32,000 nt of DNA from an uncultured Clostridia bacterium (GCA_934647235.1 CAKUFG010000004.1:9580-41579); one strand, 5' to 3'. Positions 1-9,216 are shown, counted from the stretch's first letter. Numbers and translations: made by a program. The notes: generated by a model not told the origin, from the letters alone.

Positions 1-60
1 CATATTCCAACGCGCATGCGCGGTGCGCTTATGCGCATACTGATGCGGGAGGTGAGGCAA

Positions 61-243
61 ATGAGCGAGCATTGGAAAAAATCCAGCCGTCCGATTGACG
101 ACGTGGAGACCGTGGCCTCGGCCAACGAATGGACGGGCATGCTGCCCGCCATGCCGGCGGATGAGGATACGCAGCCGGTCCGGCGCATGATGCACGTGCA
201 TCCCCAGCCCAAGCGCGAAGCACCCCGCCCCGCCGACCGCTGA
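61..243 (+). CDS. small hypothetical protein (60 aa from ATG 61). The frame is open back to position 1, so it could also be the 3' end of a longer gene starting outside the window.
   Basis: GGGAGGTGAGG (47-57) lies 3 nt upstream of ATG 61. Third codon positions are strongly G/C, like the neighbouring genes. I recognise no family motif. Confidence 0.3.
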   Translation: MSEHWKKSSRPIDDVETVASANEWTGMLPAMPADEDTQPVRRMMHVHPQPKREAPRPADR

Positions 244-245
244 CG

Positions 246-278
246 CAAAACGCCGCCCAGTGAGGCTGGCAAACGGCG
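246..278 (-). terminator. candidate intrinsic terminator downstream of pyk
   Basis: Interrupted stem: CGCCG (251-255) pairs with CGGCG (274-278), and CCAG (257-260) pairs with CTGG (66-69 of the 260s). On the minus strand it is followed by TTTT (247-250). It lies about 65 nt after the pyk stop. Confidence 0.4.
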
Positions 279-342
279 AAACACGTTTTCGCGCATGCTC
301 AGCCGCCCTGGGCGGCACTATGTGCTTTTCATTCAAATCAGA

Positions 343-1761
343 TCAGGCGTTCTGCACGCGCAGCAGCGTCGTGCCCTTGCTTACATCCTGCGGCTCGCCC
401 GCGGTGATGACCACCAGGTCGCCCTCGTCGATCACATCGGCGTTGCGCGCGCAGTCCACCACATGGCGGCACAGCTCCTCGGTGGAGTTCTGCCGCAGCG
501 AACGCACAGGATACACGCCCCAGGACAGGGACAGCTGCTGGAAGGTCTTTTCATCGGGGGTTGCGCCCACGATGGGCTCCTCCGGGCGGAACTTGGAAAT
601 CCCCCGCGCGCTGCGGCCCGTCATCGTCACCGTCAGGATGGCGCGCGCGCCCACATCCCGCGCCGTGGTGCACGCCGCGTCGCAGATGGCGTTGGTCGCG
701 TCGCTCGTGTCCATATCGTGATCAAAGCCCTTGTACACGCCCATATCGAAGGCGTCGCACTCCGCCTGCGCGGCAATGCGCGCCATGGCGGCCACGGCCT
801 CCACAGGATAGCGGCCGCTGGCGCTTTCGCCCGAAAGCATCACGGCTGATGTGCCGTCAAACACGGCGTTGGCCACATCGGTAATCTCGGCGCGGGTGGG
901 GCTGGGGCTGGCGATCATGGATTCCAGCATCTGCGTGGCGGTAATGGCCACCTTGCCCGCCTGATAGCACCGGCGGATAAAGCGCTTCTGCAGGCCGGGC
1001 AGACGCTCATAGGCAATCTCCACGCCCATATCGCCGCGCGCCACCATGATGCCGTCGCAGTGGGAGAGGATCTCGTCAAAGTTATCCACGCCCTCGCCGT
1101 TTTCAATTTTGGCGATCACGCGCACGCGATGGCCGCCGTGGTAGTTGAGGAAGCGGCGCATTTCGATCATATCCTGCGCGCTGCGGGCAAAGGACGCAGC
1201 CACAAAATCCACATCGTTTTCAATGCCGAAGATCAGGTCGGACTTGTCCGCCTCGCTCAGGTAAGGCATGTTCAGGTGCACGCCGGGCACGTTTACGCCC
1301 TTATGGGTGGCGATGCGTCCGCCATGCTCCACCAGGCAGCGGATATCGGTATCGCTGGTTTCCTGCACGCGCAGGGATACGCGGCCGTCGTCGATGAGGA
1401 TGCGGTCGCCCGCCTTCACCTCGCGCGGCAAATCGGCATAGGTGATGGATACCTGCGCGGCGTCGCCCTGCACATCGCGGGCGGTCAGGATAAACTCCGC
1501 CCCGTCTGCCAGCATGGCCTCGCCGCCCGCCATATCCTTCAGGCGGATTTCGGGGCCCTTGGTATCCAGCATCACAGCGGCGGCCACACCCAGACGATCG
1601 CGCACGGCGCGGAAGCGCTGCATCATTTCGCGGTGCGATTCATGGGTGCCATGAGAAAAGTTGAACCGGGCCACGTTCATGCCCGCGCGTAGCATGGCTT
1701 CCATCACTTTTTCATCCGCGCTGGCGGGGCCCAGGGTGCAGACAATCTTGGTCTTTCTCAT
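343..1761 (-). CDS. pyk: pyruvate kinase (472 aa)
   Basis: Motifs: MRKTKIVCTLGPAS, NFSHG, MVARGDMGVE, full-length PK architecture. I chose ATG 1761, preceded by GGAGGG (1767-1773 on the plus strand). The 22 codons upstream in the ORF track look like a non-coding extension. Confidence 0.95.
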   Translation of the reverse strand: MRKTKIVCTLGPASADEKVMEAMLRAGMNVARFNFSHGTHESHREMMQRFRAVRDRLGVAAAVMLDTKGPEIRLKDMAGGEAMLADGAEFILTARDVQGDAAQVSITYADLPREVKAGDRILIDDGRVSLRVQETSDTDIRCLVEHGGRIATHKGVNVPGVHLNMPYLSEADKSDLIFGIENDVDFVAASFARSAQDMIEMRRFLNYHGGHRVRVIAKIENGEGVDNFDEILSHCDGIMVARGDMGVEIAYERLPGLQKRFIRRCYQAGKVAITATQMLESMIASPSPTRAEITDVANAVFDGTSAVMLSGESASGRYPVEAVAAMARIAAQAECDAFDMGVYKGFDHDMDTSDATNAICDAACTTARDVGARAILTVTMTGRSARGISKFRPEEPIVGATPDEKTFQQLSLSWGVYPVRSLRQNSTEELCRHVVDCARNADVIDEGDLVVITAGEPQDVSKGTTLLRVQNA

Positions 1762-1808
1762 TGCAATCCCTCCAAAATTACTGATAAAGCAAAACTTTCC
1801 ACATATAC

Positions 1809-1837
1809 AATATATCACAAATTGCAAGCCGCCGCAA
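1809..1837 (-). promoter_or_regulatory. candidate sigma-A promoter for pyk
   Basis: Minus-strand reading: TTGCGG (1832-1837), 17-nt spacer, TGA-TATATT extended -10 (-10 at 1809-1814). Confidence 0.35.
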
Positions 1838-1863
1838 TATTTTTCGCTGCTGCGCGGCAGTTT

Positions 1864-3285
1864 TTATATTGTTTCCCGCGCCGCCTCATACGCGCCGAAA
1901 AAGCGCAGCGCCGGCGCAAGGCGGCTGTCCAGCACGCGCAGGCGCAGCCCCTGCACGCATTGCCCGTGCAGATTTACAATGCGCCGGCTGCCCACCACCG
2001 TGCCAGCCGCGGCCCTCTGCCATGCGCCGTCCACCCACGCCTCCAGCGCAAAGCGCTCGATCCGCTGGCTCAGGCGCAGCTGCTCGCGCAGCAGCACATA
2101 GCCGATGCGCTGCGGCGCGTCCCAGCGCACGGTGACCTGCCATTCTCCCGCATCGCCGCACGGCATGTAATAGGCCTCGTCCTGGCAAAGCACATGTTTG
2201 ATTTCACACCCTGGCCGGGCGGGAGAGGCTGTGATTTCGCATGCCTCGGGCAGCAGGTTATGGGCAAAACGCGCGCGCAGCGCATCCCCCAGCTCCTGCA
2301 GACGGCGCGCGTCCGCAGCGTGCACGCGGCCCTCGCGGTCGGGCGGCACGTTGAGCAGGAAGGCCGCGTTGCCGCCCACCGACTTTTCATAAATCTCCAG
2401 CAGCTTTTCCAGCGGCTTTACCTGGCCGTCCTCCGCCGGATGATAAAACCACCCCGGCCGGATGGAGGTGTTCACCTCCGCCGGATACCAGACCAGATCG
2501 GTTTCGTTTTTCAGGATTTCCCGGCTGCCCAGATCGCGGTCCTGCGCGCGGATGGTACGCAGGCGAAAATCCGCGCCGTCCGCCTGCTGGCTCATAGAGG
2601 CGATTTTTTCGGTATCCCGCGTGCGGCGGGGCACCACGCTCCATTCCGATTCGCGGGTATCCCCCGCCTCGTTGCCGCACCAGCGGATATCCGGCCCGCA
2701 CACATGGATGCACGCCTCGGGCTGCAGGGTACGGATGGTACGGTAATAGCGCTCCCAATCATAGCGCTGCCTGCGGCCGTTCGGGCCCTCGCCGCACGCG
2801 CCGTCCAGCCACACGCTGCATATCTCCCCATAGCCGGTCAGCAGCTCGGTCAGCTGGCGCACAAAGAAATCATCGTAGGGCCTGCCCGTGCCGTACAGGG
2901 GCTGATTGCGGTCCCAGGGCGACAGATATACGCCGAAGCGCAGGCCCTCCGCGCGGCAGGCTTCGGCGGCCTGGGCCACCACATCCTGCCGGTAAGGGCT
3001 GGCCGCGACGGTATAATCCGTCGCGCGGCTGGGCCACAGGCAAAAGCCGTCGTGGTGCTTGCAGGTCAGAATCATCCCCTTCATGCCGGCGCTGCGCAGG
3101 CACCGGGCCCACTGCCGCGCATCCAGGCGGGCAGGCGCAAACAGCGCAGGGCTGTCCGTGCCGTCGCCCCATTCCCGGTCGGTAAAGGTATTGATGGAAA
3201 AATGAATAAAGCCGTAAAACCCCATCTCCTGCAGCGCCAGCTGCCGGGGCGAGGGAACGATTGCGACCAGCTGCCGATCCTCCAT
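1864..3285 (-). CDS. alpha-L-fucosidase, GH29-like, with a C-terminal beta-sandwich-like extension (473 aa). No signal peptide.
   Basis: GFYGFIHFSINTF, KHHDGFCLWPS and WLDGACGEG are typical GH29 N-terminal catalytic-domain motifs. Start taken at MEDRQ (ATG 3285) after GGGAGAAGG. Confidence 0.85.
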   Translation of the reverse strand: MEDRQLVAIVPSPRQLALQEMGFYGFIHFSINTFTDREWGDGTDSPALFAPARLDARQWARCLRSAGMKGMILTCKHHDGFCLWPSRATDYTVAASPYRQDVVAQAAEACRAEGLRFGVYLSPWDRNQPLYGTGRPYDDFFVRQLTELLTGYGEICSVWLDGACGEGPNGRRQRYDWERYYRTIRTLQPEACIHVCGPDIRWCGNEAGDTRESEWSVVPRRTRDTEKIASMSQQADGADFRLRTIRAQDRDLGSREILKNETDLVWYPAEVNTSIRPGWFYHPAEDGQVKPLEKLLEIYEKSVGGNAAFLLNVPPDREGRVHAADARRLQELGDALRARFAHNLLPEACEITASPARPGCEIKHVLCQDEAYYMPCGDAGEWQVTVRWDAPQRIGYVLLREQLRLSQRIERFALEAWVDGAWQRAAAGTVVGSRRIVNLHGQCVQGLRLRVLDSRLAPALRFFGAYEAARETI

Positions 3286-3334
3286 AGCGCCTTCTCCCTG
3301 CCTTGAGCCTGTAGAATAATGAAATGATAAAACC

Positions 3335-3363
3335 ATTATACACAAAGATATGCTTCATCACAA
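3335..3363 (-). promoter_or_regulatory. sigma-A promoter for the fucosidase gene
   Basis: Minus-strand reading: TTGTGA (3358-3363), 17-nt spacer, TATAAT (3335-3340). Confidence 0.6.
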
Positions 3364-3365
3364 GA

Positions 3366-3394
3366 CAAAAGCGCCCCGGCAATCGCCGGGGCGC
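3366..3394 (-). terminator. intrinsic terminator of aspA
   Basis: Perfect 10-bp GC stem: GCGCCCCGGC (3371-3380) pairs with GCCGGGGCGC (3385-3394), loop AATC. On the minus strand it is followed by TTTTG. It lies 21 nt after the aspA stop. Confidence 0.8.
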
Positions 3395-3414
3395 ATAAAC
3401 GCTTTTGGTCGCTA

Positions 3415-4812
<1,398 letters not shown>

Positions 4813-4847
4813 GGTTGGCCGCCCCTTTCGCATATCGCAGATTGTTG

Positions 4848-4876
4848 TTGATATTATTATATGAAGCTGTTATACT
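4848..4876 (+). promoter_or_regulatory. sigma-A promoter of the LysR gene (extended -10)
   Basis: TTGATA (4848-4853), 17-nt spacer ending in TGt, TATACT (4871-4876). It physically overlaps the aspA promoter on the other strand. Confidence 0.65.
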
Positions 4877-4884
4877 ATCTGCAA
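4856..4884 (-). promoter_or_regulatory. sigma-A promoter of aspA
   Basis: Minus-strand reading: TTGCAG (4879-4884), 17-nt spacer, consensus TATAAT (4856-4861). Confidence 0.7.
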
Positions 4885-4948
4885 ATACTTATATTGTTAT
4901 CTCTCTTATTTATTTTTATCTATAAGAAGATGAGATCGGAGGTCGGCC

Positions 4949-5881
4949 ATGTTCCGAGAGATGCGCTATGTTTACGAGGTCTACCGCGAGCGCAGCTTTT
5001 CCCGCGCGGCGCAGAAGCTGTATATCTCCCAGCCTTCGCTGAGCCTGATGATCAAAAAGGCCGAGGAGCGCGTAGGCAGCCCGCTGTTTGACCGCAGCAC
5101 CATGCCCATCGGCCTGACCGAGACCGGGCGGCAGTATATCCGCGCGGCCGAGCAGATCATGGAAATCGAGGGCTCCTTTCAGCAATATATCAGCGATACC
5201 GAGGCGTGTCTTAGCGGCACGCTGGCGCTGGGCGGCACCACGCTGTTTACCTCCTATGTGCTGCCGCCGCTGATCAGCGCGTTTTCGGATCGCTTTCCCC
5301 GCGTGCAGGTGCGCATTCTGGAGGCGCACACCGCCGCGCTGGAGCGCGAGCTGCGCGAGGGCGAGCTGGACTTTGTGATGGAAAACTGCGCGTTCGACCC
5401 TGCGGTATACGACAGCATTGCCTATCGCGCCGAGCGGCTGCTGCTGGCCGTGCCCGCCGGCTTTGCAGTCAACGAGGCCGCCGCGGCCTATCGGCTGACG
5501 GCGGAGGAGCTGCAGGCAGGCAGGGACGCGCCGGGCGTGCCGCTGGCGCTGTTCAGGGACGAGCCGTTTCTATTGCTCAAGGAGGGCAATGATACCCGTC
5601 AGCGCGCCGACAGGCTGTGCGCCAAGGCGGGCTTCCGCCCCGGCGCGCGGCTGCTGCTGGATCAGCAGCTGACGGCCTACAACCTGGCCTGCTACGGGCT
5701 GGGCGTTACCTTTGTCAGCGACACGCTGGCCTGCAGCGTGCCGCCCGACGAAAGGCTGAATTTCTACCTGTTGGATAGTCCGCACGCGCGCCGCGCGGTG
5801 AGCCTGGTGTACAAGCGCAGCCGCTTTGTCACCCGGCCCATGCGGGAATTTCTGCAGCTGCTCTCCATTGACGGTAAATAG
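4949..5881 (+). CDS. LysR-family transcriptional regulator (310 aa)
   Basis: N-terminal wHTH FSRAAQKLYISQPSLSLMIKKAEERVGSPLFDR. Length is typical of LTTRs. GGAGG at 4939-4943. Divergent from aspA. Confidence 0.9.
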   Translation: MFREMRYVYEVYRERSFSRAAQKLYISQPSLSLMIKKAEERVGSPLFDRSTMPIGLTETGRQYIRAAEQIMEIEGSFQQYISDTEACLSGTLALGGTTLFTSYVLPPLISAFSDRFPRVQVRILEAHTAALERELREGELDFVMENCAFDPAVYDSIAYRAERLLLAVPAGFAVNEAAAAYRLTAEELQAGRDAPGVPLALFRDEPFLLLKEGNDTRQRADRLCAKAGFRPGARLLLDQQLTAYNLACYGLGVTFVSDTLACSVPPDERLNFYLLDSPHARRAVSLVYKRSRFVTRPMREFLQLLSIDGK

Positions 5882-5904
5882 TCAGTATTGTGTATTTTTA
5901 TACC

Positions 5905-5919
5905 ATGCAAACGGTTGCC
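5905..5919. promoter_or_regulatory. cre-like / LacI-family-type operator candidate
   Basis: ATGCAAACGGTTGCC matches WTGNAANCGNWNNCW at every position except the last. It lies 35 nt upstream of the -35 of the ABC-1 promoter. Confidence 0.3.
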
Positions 5920-5953
5920 ATTTTGTATTCTCCCAATTTTTTTGCTAAAAATA

Positions 5954-5982
5954 TTGACAAATAGCACAAAATCGTATATGAT
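5954..5982 (+). promoter_or_regulatory. sigma-A promoter of sugar ABC operon 1
   Basis: Consensus TTGACA (5954-5959), 17-nt spacer, TATGAT (5977-5982). Confidence 0.7.
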
Positions 5983-6079
5983 ACCGTTGCAGCAGGGAAG
6001 CGAGCGATAATCGAATATGGATAAGGCCCTTTCCCCAGCGCAAATTCGCGGTTTATCCGCAAAAAGGAGCGATACCTTT

Positions 6080-7357
6080 ATGAAAAAGTTCTTCGCACTG
6101 CTTCTGGCTCTGTGCCTGGCAATGACGATGGTCGCCTCCGTTGCCTCCGCCGAGGACGGCAAGGTGTACTACCTCAACTTCAAGCCTGAAGCCGACGCCG
6201 CCTGGCAGGAGCTGGCCAAGACCTATACCAAAAAGACCGGTGTGCAGGTGACTGTCGTGACCGCCGCTTCCGGCACCTACTCCCAGACCCTGACCGCTGA
6301 AATGGACAAGAGCAGCGCTGCCCCCACCCTGTTCCAGTGCGGCAACCTGTCCGGTCTCCAGACCTGGCGCGATTACATGCTGGATCTGAACGGCACTGAT
6401 TTCGCCAACGAAATGACCACCGCCGACTTCAACCTCTACGGCGAAAACGGCGAGCTGCTGGCCGCCGGTTACTGCTACGAGGCTTTCGGCATCATCGTCA
6501 ACAAGGCTCTGCTGGAAAAGGCCGGCCACAAGCTGGAGGAAATCAAGGATTTCGCCAGCCTGAAGGCTGTTGCCGAGGATATCCACGCCCGCGCTGCGGA
6601 GCTGGGCTTTGACGCCTTCACCTCCGCCGGCCTGGACGGCTCCTCCTCCTGGCGCTTCTCCGGCCATCTGGCCAACATGCCCCTGTACTACGAGTTCCGC
6701 GATGACAACGTAACCGAGAAGCCCGCCACCATCAAGGGCACCTACCTGGATAACTTCAAGAACATCTGGGATCTGTACATCAACAACTCCGCCACCAAGC
6801 CCGCCGATCTGGCCACCGCTACCGGCGATCAGGCTGAATCCGAGTTCGGCACCGGCAAGGCTGCCTTCTATCAGAACGGCACCTGGGAATACGCCAACCT
6901 GATTGGCGAAAAGTTCGGCATGAAGTCCGAAGACCTGGCCATGATCCCCATCTACTGCGGCGTTGAGGGCGAGGAAAAGGCCGGCCTGTGCTGCGGCACC
7001 GAGAACTGCTGGGCTGTCAACTCCAAGGCTTCCGAGGCCGATATCAAGGCGACCCTGGACTTCCTGTACTGGGTTGTCACCAGCGAAGAAGGCACCGCGA
7101 TGATGGCCGAGCAGTTTGGCCCCATCCCCTTCAAGGCTGCCAAGGCTTCCTCCAACGTATTCTTCAACGACGCCAACGCCTACATTGCCGAGGGCAACTA
7201 CGTGGTCACCTGGGCGTTCAACCATACCCCCAACGTTGACGCGTGGCGCGCGGGCGTTGTGGACGCCATGATGCAGTATTGCGCCGGCGGCAGCTGGGAC
7301 AACGTGGTTGATGCGTTCGTTCAGGGCTGGGCCGTGCAGTATGCCAGCGAAAACTAA
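6080..7357 (+). CDS. extracellular solute-binding protein of a CUT1-type carbohydrate ABC importer (425 aa)
   Basis: Signal peptide MKKFFALLLALCLAMTMVASVASA. Size and composition are typical of family-1 sugar binding proteins. AAGGAG at 6064-6069. Followed by two MalFG-type permease genes. Confidence 0.85.
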   Translation: MKKFFALLLALCLAMTMVASVASAEDGKVYYLNFKPEADAAWQELAKTYTKKTGVQVTVVTAASGTYSQTLTAEMDKSSAAPTLFQCGNLSGLQTWRDYMLDLNGTDFANEMTTADFNLYGENGELLAAGYCYEAFGIIVNKALLEKAGHKLEEIKDFASLKAVAEDIHARAAELGFDAFTSAGLDGSSSWRFSGHLANMPLYYEFRDDNVTEKPATIKGTYLDNFKNIWDLYINNSATKPADLATATGDQAESEFGTGKAAFYQNGTWEYANLIGEKFGMKSEDLAMIPIYCGVEGEEKAGLCCGTENCWAVNSKASEADIKATLDFLYWVVTSEEGTAMMAEQFGPIPFKAAKASSNVFFNDANAYIAEGNYVVTWAFNHTPNVDAWRAGVVDAMMQYCAGGSWDNVVDAFVQGWAVQYASEN

Positions 7358-7370
7358 GAAAACCTAAGCG

Positions 7371-7405
7371 CGGGGGAGCGGGATCATTCCCGCCCCCCGA
7401 TTTTT
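7371..7405 (+). terminator. strong intercistronic hairpin plus T5 (partial terminator / mRNA stabiliser) after the binding-protein gene
   Basis: 12 bp, almost all GC, with one bulge (7371-7383 pairs with 7388-7399), then A and TTTTT (7401-7405). It sits between the binding-protein stop (7357) and the permease start (7425). Confidence 0.55.
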
Positions 7406-7424
7406 CCGTACAGGGGGATTTACC

Positions 7425-8342
7425 ATGCAGCAAATAACGCAGCCCAAGCGTAAAAAAGAAACCGTCGCCGTCAATTCGCGCCTGATTCGCCGCCCGATTC
7501 AGCGCTGCTTCGCCATCTTTCTGCTGCCTACCTTCGCGGCGTTCTGCATCGGCTTTCTCTGGCCGTTTGTAAAGGGGCTTTATCTTTCCTTCTGCACCTT
7601 TACCACCACCAGCAACGCCAAATGGGTGGGGCTGCAAAACTATCAGAAGGCGCTGACGGACGCCAGCTTTCTGCATGCCTTCTGGTATACGGCGCTGGTA
7701 GCCATTGTATCGCTGATCCTGATTAACGTGCTGTCCTTCGCCGTGGCCTACGCCCTCACACGCAAGATTCCGGGGGCCAATATCTACCGCGGCGTGTTTT
7801 TCATGCCCAACCTGATCGGCGGCATCGTGCTGGGCTACATCTGGCAGCGCATCTTCAACGGCATCCTGCCCACGGCCATCGTGCTCAATACCCACTATGG
7901 CTTCTGGGGTCTGATTGTGCTGATGTGCTGGCAGCAGGTGGGCTATATGATGATTATCTATATCGCCGGCCTGCAATCGGTATCCGAGGATATGCTGGAA
8001 GCCGCGCGTATCGACGGCGCGAACAGCTGGCAGATCCTGTGGAAGATCACCATCCCCACCGTCATGCCCTCCATCACCATCTGCACCTTCCTGACGCTGA
8101 CCAACTCCTTTAAGCTGTTTGACCAGAACATGGTGCTCAACGAGGGCCGTCCCTACATCTTCCAGAACGGCGTGCAGATCAAAACCACCGAGATGCTGGC
8201 GCTGAACATCTACAACACCTTTTATATGAATGCAAAATCCCGCGGCGTAGGCCAGGCCAAGGCCGTGCTGTTCTTTATCCTGGTGGCCGCCATCGCGCTG
8301 ATTCAGCTGCGCGCGACCCATGAAAAGGAGGTGCAGCAGTGA
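7425..8342 (+). CDS. sugar ABC transporter permease (MalF/UgpA-like, 305 aa)
   Basis: Multi-pass membrane protein with the EAA loop EAARIDGANSWQILWKITIP. Confidence 0.9.
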   Translation: MQQITQPKRKKETVAVNSRLIRRPIQRCFAIFLLPTFAAFCIGFLWPFVKGLYLSFCTFTTTSNAKWVGLQNYQKALTDASFLHAFWYTALVAIVSLILINVLSFAVAYALTRKIPGANIYRGVFFMPNLIGGIVLGYIWQRIFNGILPTAIVLNTHYGFWGLIVLMCWQQVGYMMIIYIAGLQSVSEDMLEAARIDGANSWQILWKITIPTVMPSITICTFLTLTNSFKLFDQNMVLNEGRPYIFQNGVQIKTTEMLALNIYNTFYMNAKSRGVGQAKAVLFFILVAAIALIQLRATHEKEVQQ

Positions 8343-9184
8343 TGCGTACCAGCAAAAAATGGGGCGTTGCGCTGTCCGTGCTTTTCGCAATGATCAGCCT
8401 GTTTTATCTGATGCCCATCGCCGTGGTGCTGATCAACAGCTTTAAGGACAACATTGCCGTCAACTCGCAGGTGTTCGCCCTGCCCAACAAAGAAACCTTT
8501 GTGGGCTGGAGCAACTACGTAAACGGCCTCACCTCCGGCGCGTATCCCTTCCTGTATTCGGCAGGCTACAGCTTTGTAATTACCATCCTGTCGGCCCTGC
8601 TGATCCTGCTGTGCACCTCCATGGCGGCGTGGTATATCTCCCGCGTGGATGATATCGCCTCCAAGGTTGTATACTACCTGTGCGTGTTCTCCATGGTGGT
8701 GCCCTTCCAGATGGTCATGTTCACCCTGGCGCGCACGGCCTATACGCTCAACCTGAACACCCCCTGGACCATCCCCGTGGTGTACCTGGGCTTTGGCGCG
8801 GGCCTGGCGGTGTTTATGTTCAGCGGCTTTGTCAAGGGCATGCCCCTGGCCATGGAGGAAGCTGCGGCCATCGACGGCTGCGGGCCCATCCGCACGTTCT
8901 TCGGCGTGGTGCTGCCCATCATGAAGCCCATCTTCATTTCCGTGGGCGTGCTGGAAATCATGTGGGTATGGAACGACTATCTGCTGCCCTATCTGGTATT
9001 GGACAGCACCAAGTACAAGACCATCCCCATCCACATCCAGTATCTGCAGGGCAGCTACGGCCATGTAGACCTGGGCGCCATGATGGCGCTGATTATGCTG
9101 AGCATCCTGCCCATCATCATCTTCTACCTGTGCTGCCAGAAGTACATCATCGCGGGCGTAACCGCGGGCGCGGTAAAAGGCTAA
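8342..9184 (+). CDS. sugar ABC transporter permease (MalG/UgpE-like, about 280 aa)
   Basis: EAA loop EEAAAIDGCGPIRTFFGVVLP. The start ATG 8342 (or GTG 8339) overlaps the upstream TGA stop, which indicates translational coupling. Confidence 0.9.
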   Translation: MRTSKKWGVALSVLFAMISLFYLMPIAVVLINSFKDNIAVNSQVFALPNKETFVGWSNYVNGLTSGAYPFLYSAGYSFVITILSALLILLCTSMAAWYISRVDDIASKVVYYLCVFSMVVPFQMVMFTLARTAYTLNLNTPWTIPVVYLGFGAGLAVFMFSGFVKGMPLAMEEAAAIDGCGPIRTFFGVVLPIMKPIFISVGVLEIMWVWNDYLLPYLVLDSTKYKTIPIHIQYLQGSYGHVDLGAMMALIMLSILPIIIFYLCCQKYIIAGVTAGAVKG

Positions 9185-9216
9185 AAAAGGCCATCCCCTG
9201 AACCAGGCATTATCTT

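Noticed and set aside
1846-1866. GCTGCTGCGCGGCAG followed by TTTTT, read as a possible terminator between the fucosidase and pyk genes
   Set aside because: Only a 4-bp stem forms, and the T-tract is on the plus strand, where no gene ends. On the relevant minus strand the hairpin is followed by an A-rich tract.
1822-3306. 494-aa plus-strand ORF, and the 398-aa ORF at 3655-4851
   Set aside because: These mirror ORFs lie opposite the GH29 fucosidase and aspA. The minus-strand products have unambiguous catalytic motifs and the plus-strand ones have none.
4861-5091. 76-aa ORF starting with a very hydrophobic segment (MKLLYYLQILILLSLLFIFIYKK), which looks like a small membrane peptide
   Set aside because: - The hydrophobic part is simply the translation of the AT-rich promoter region.
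- The ATG sits inside the aspA and lysR promoter hexamers and has no SD.
- The ORF then runs out of frame through the first 143 nt of the LysR gene.
5981-5994. Second cre-like site (ACCGTTGCAGCA) overlapping the -10 of the ABC-1 promoter
   Set aside because: On either strand the TGNAANCG core is broken: it reads TGCAACGG and lacks one base. It resembles the 5905-5919 site only through the CGTTGC core.
6053-8390. Two 390-aa minus-strand ORFs (6053-7225 and 7218-8390), plus 8303-9064
   Set aside because: They are antisense to the binding protein and permeases of ABC operon 1 and show shadow composition.
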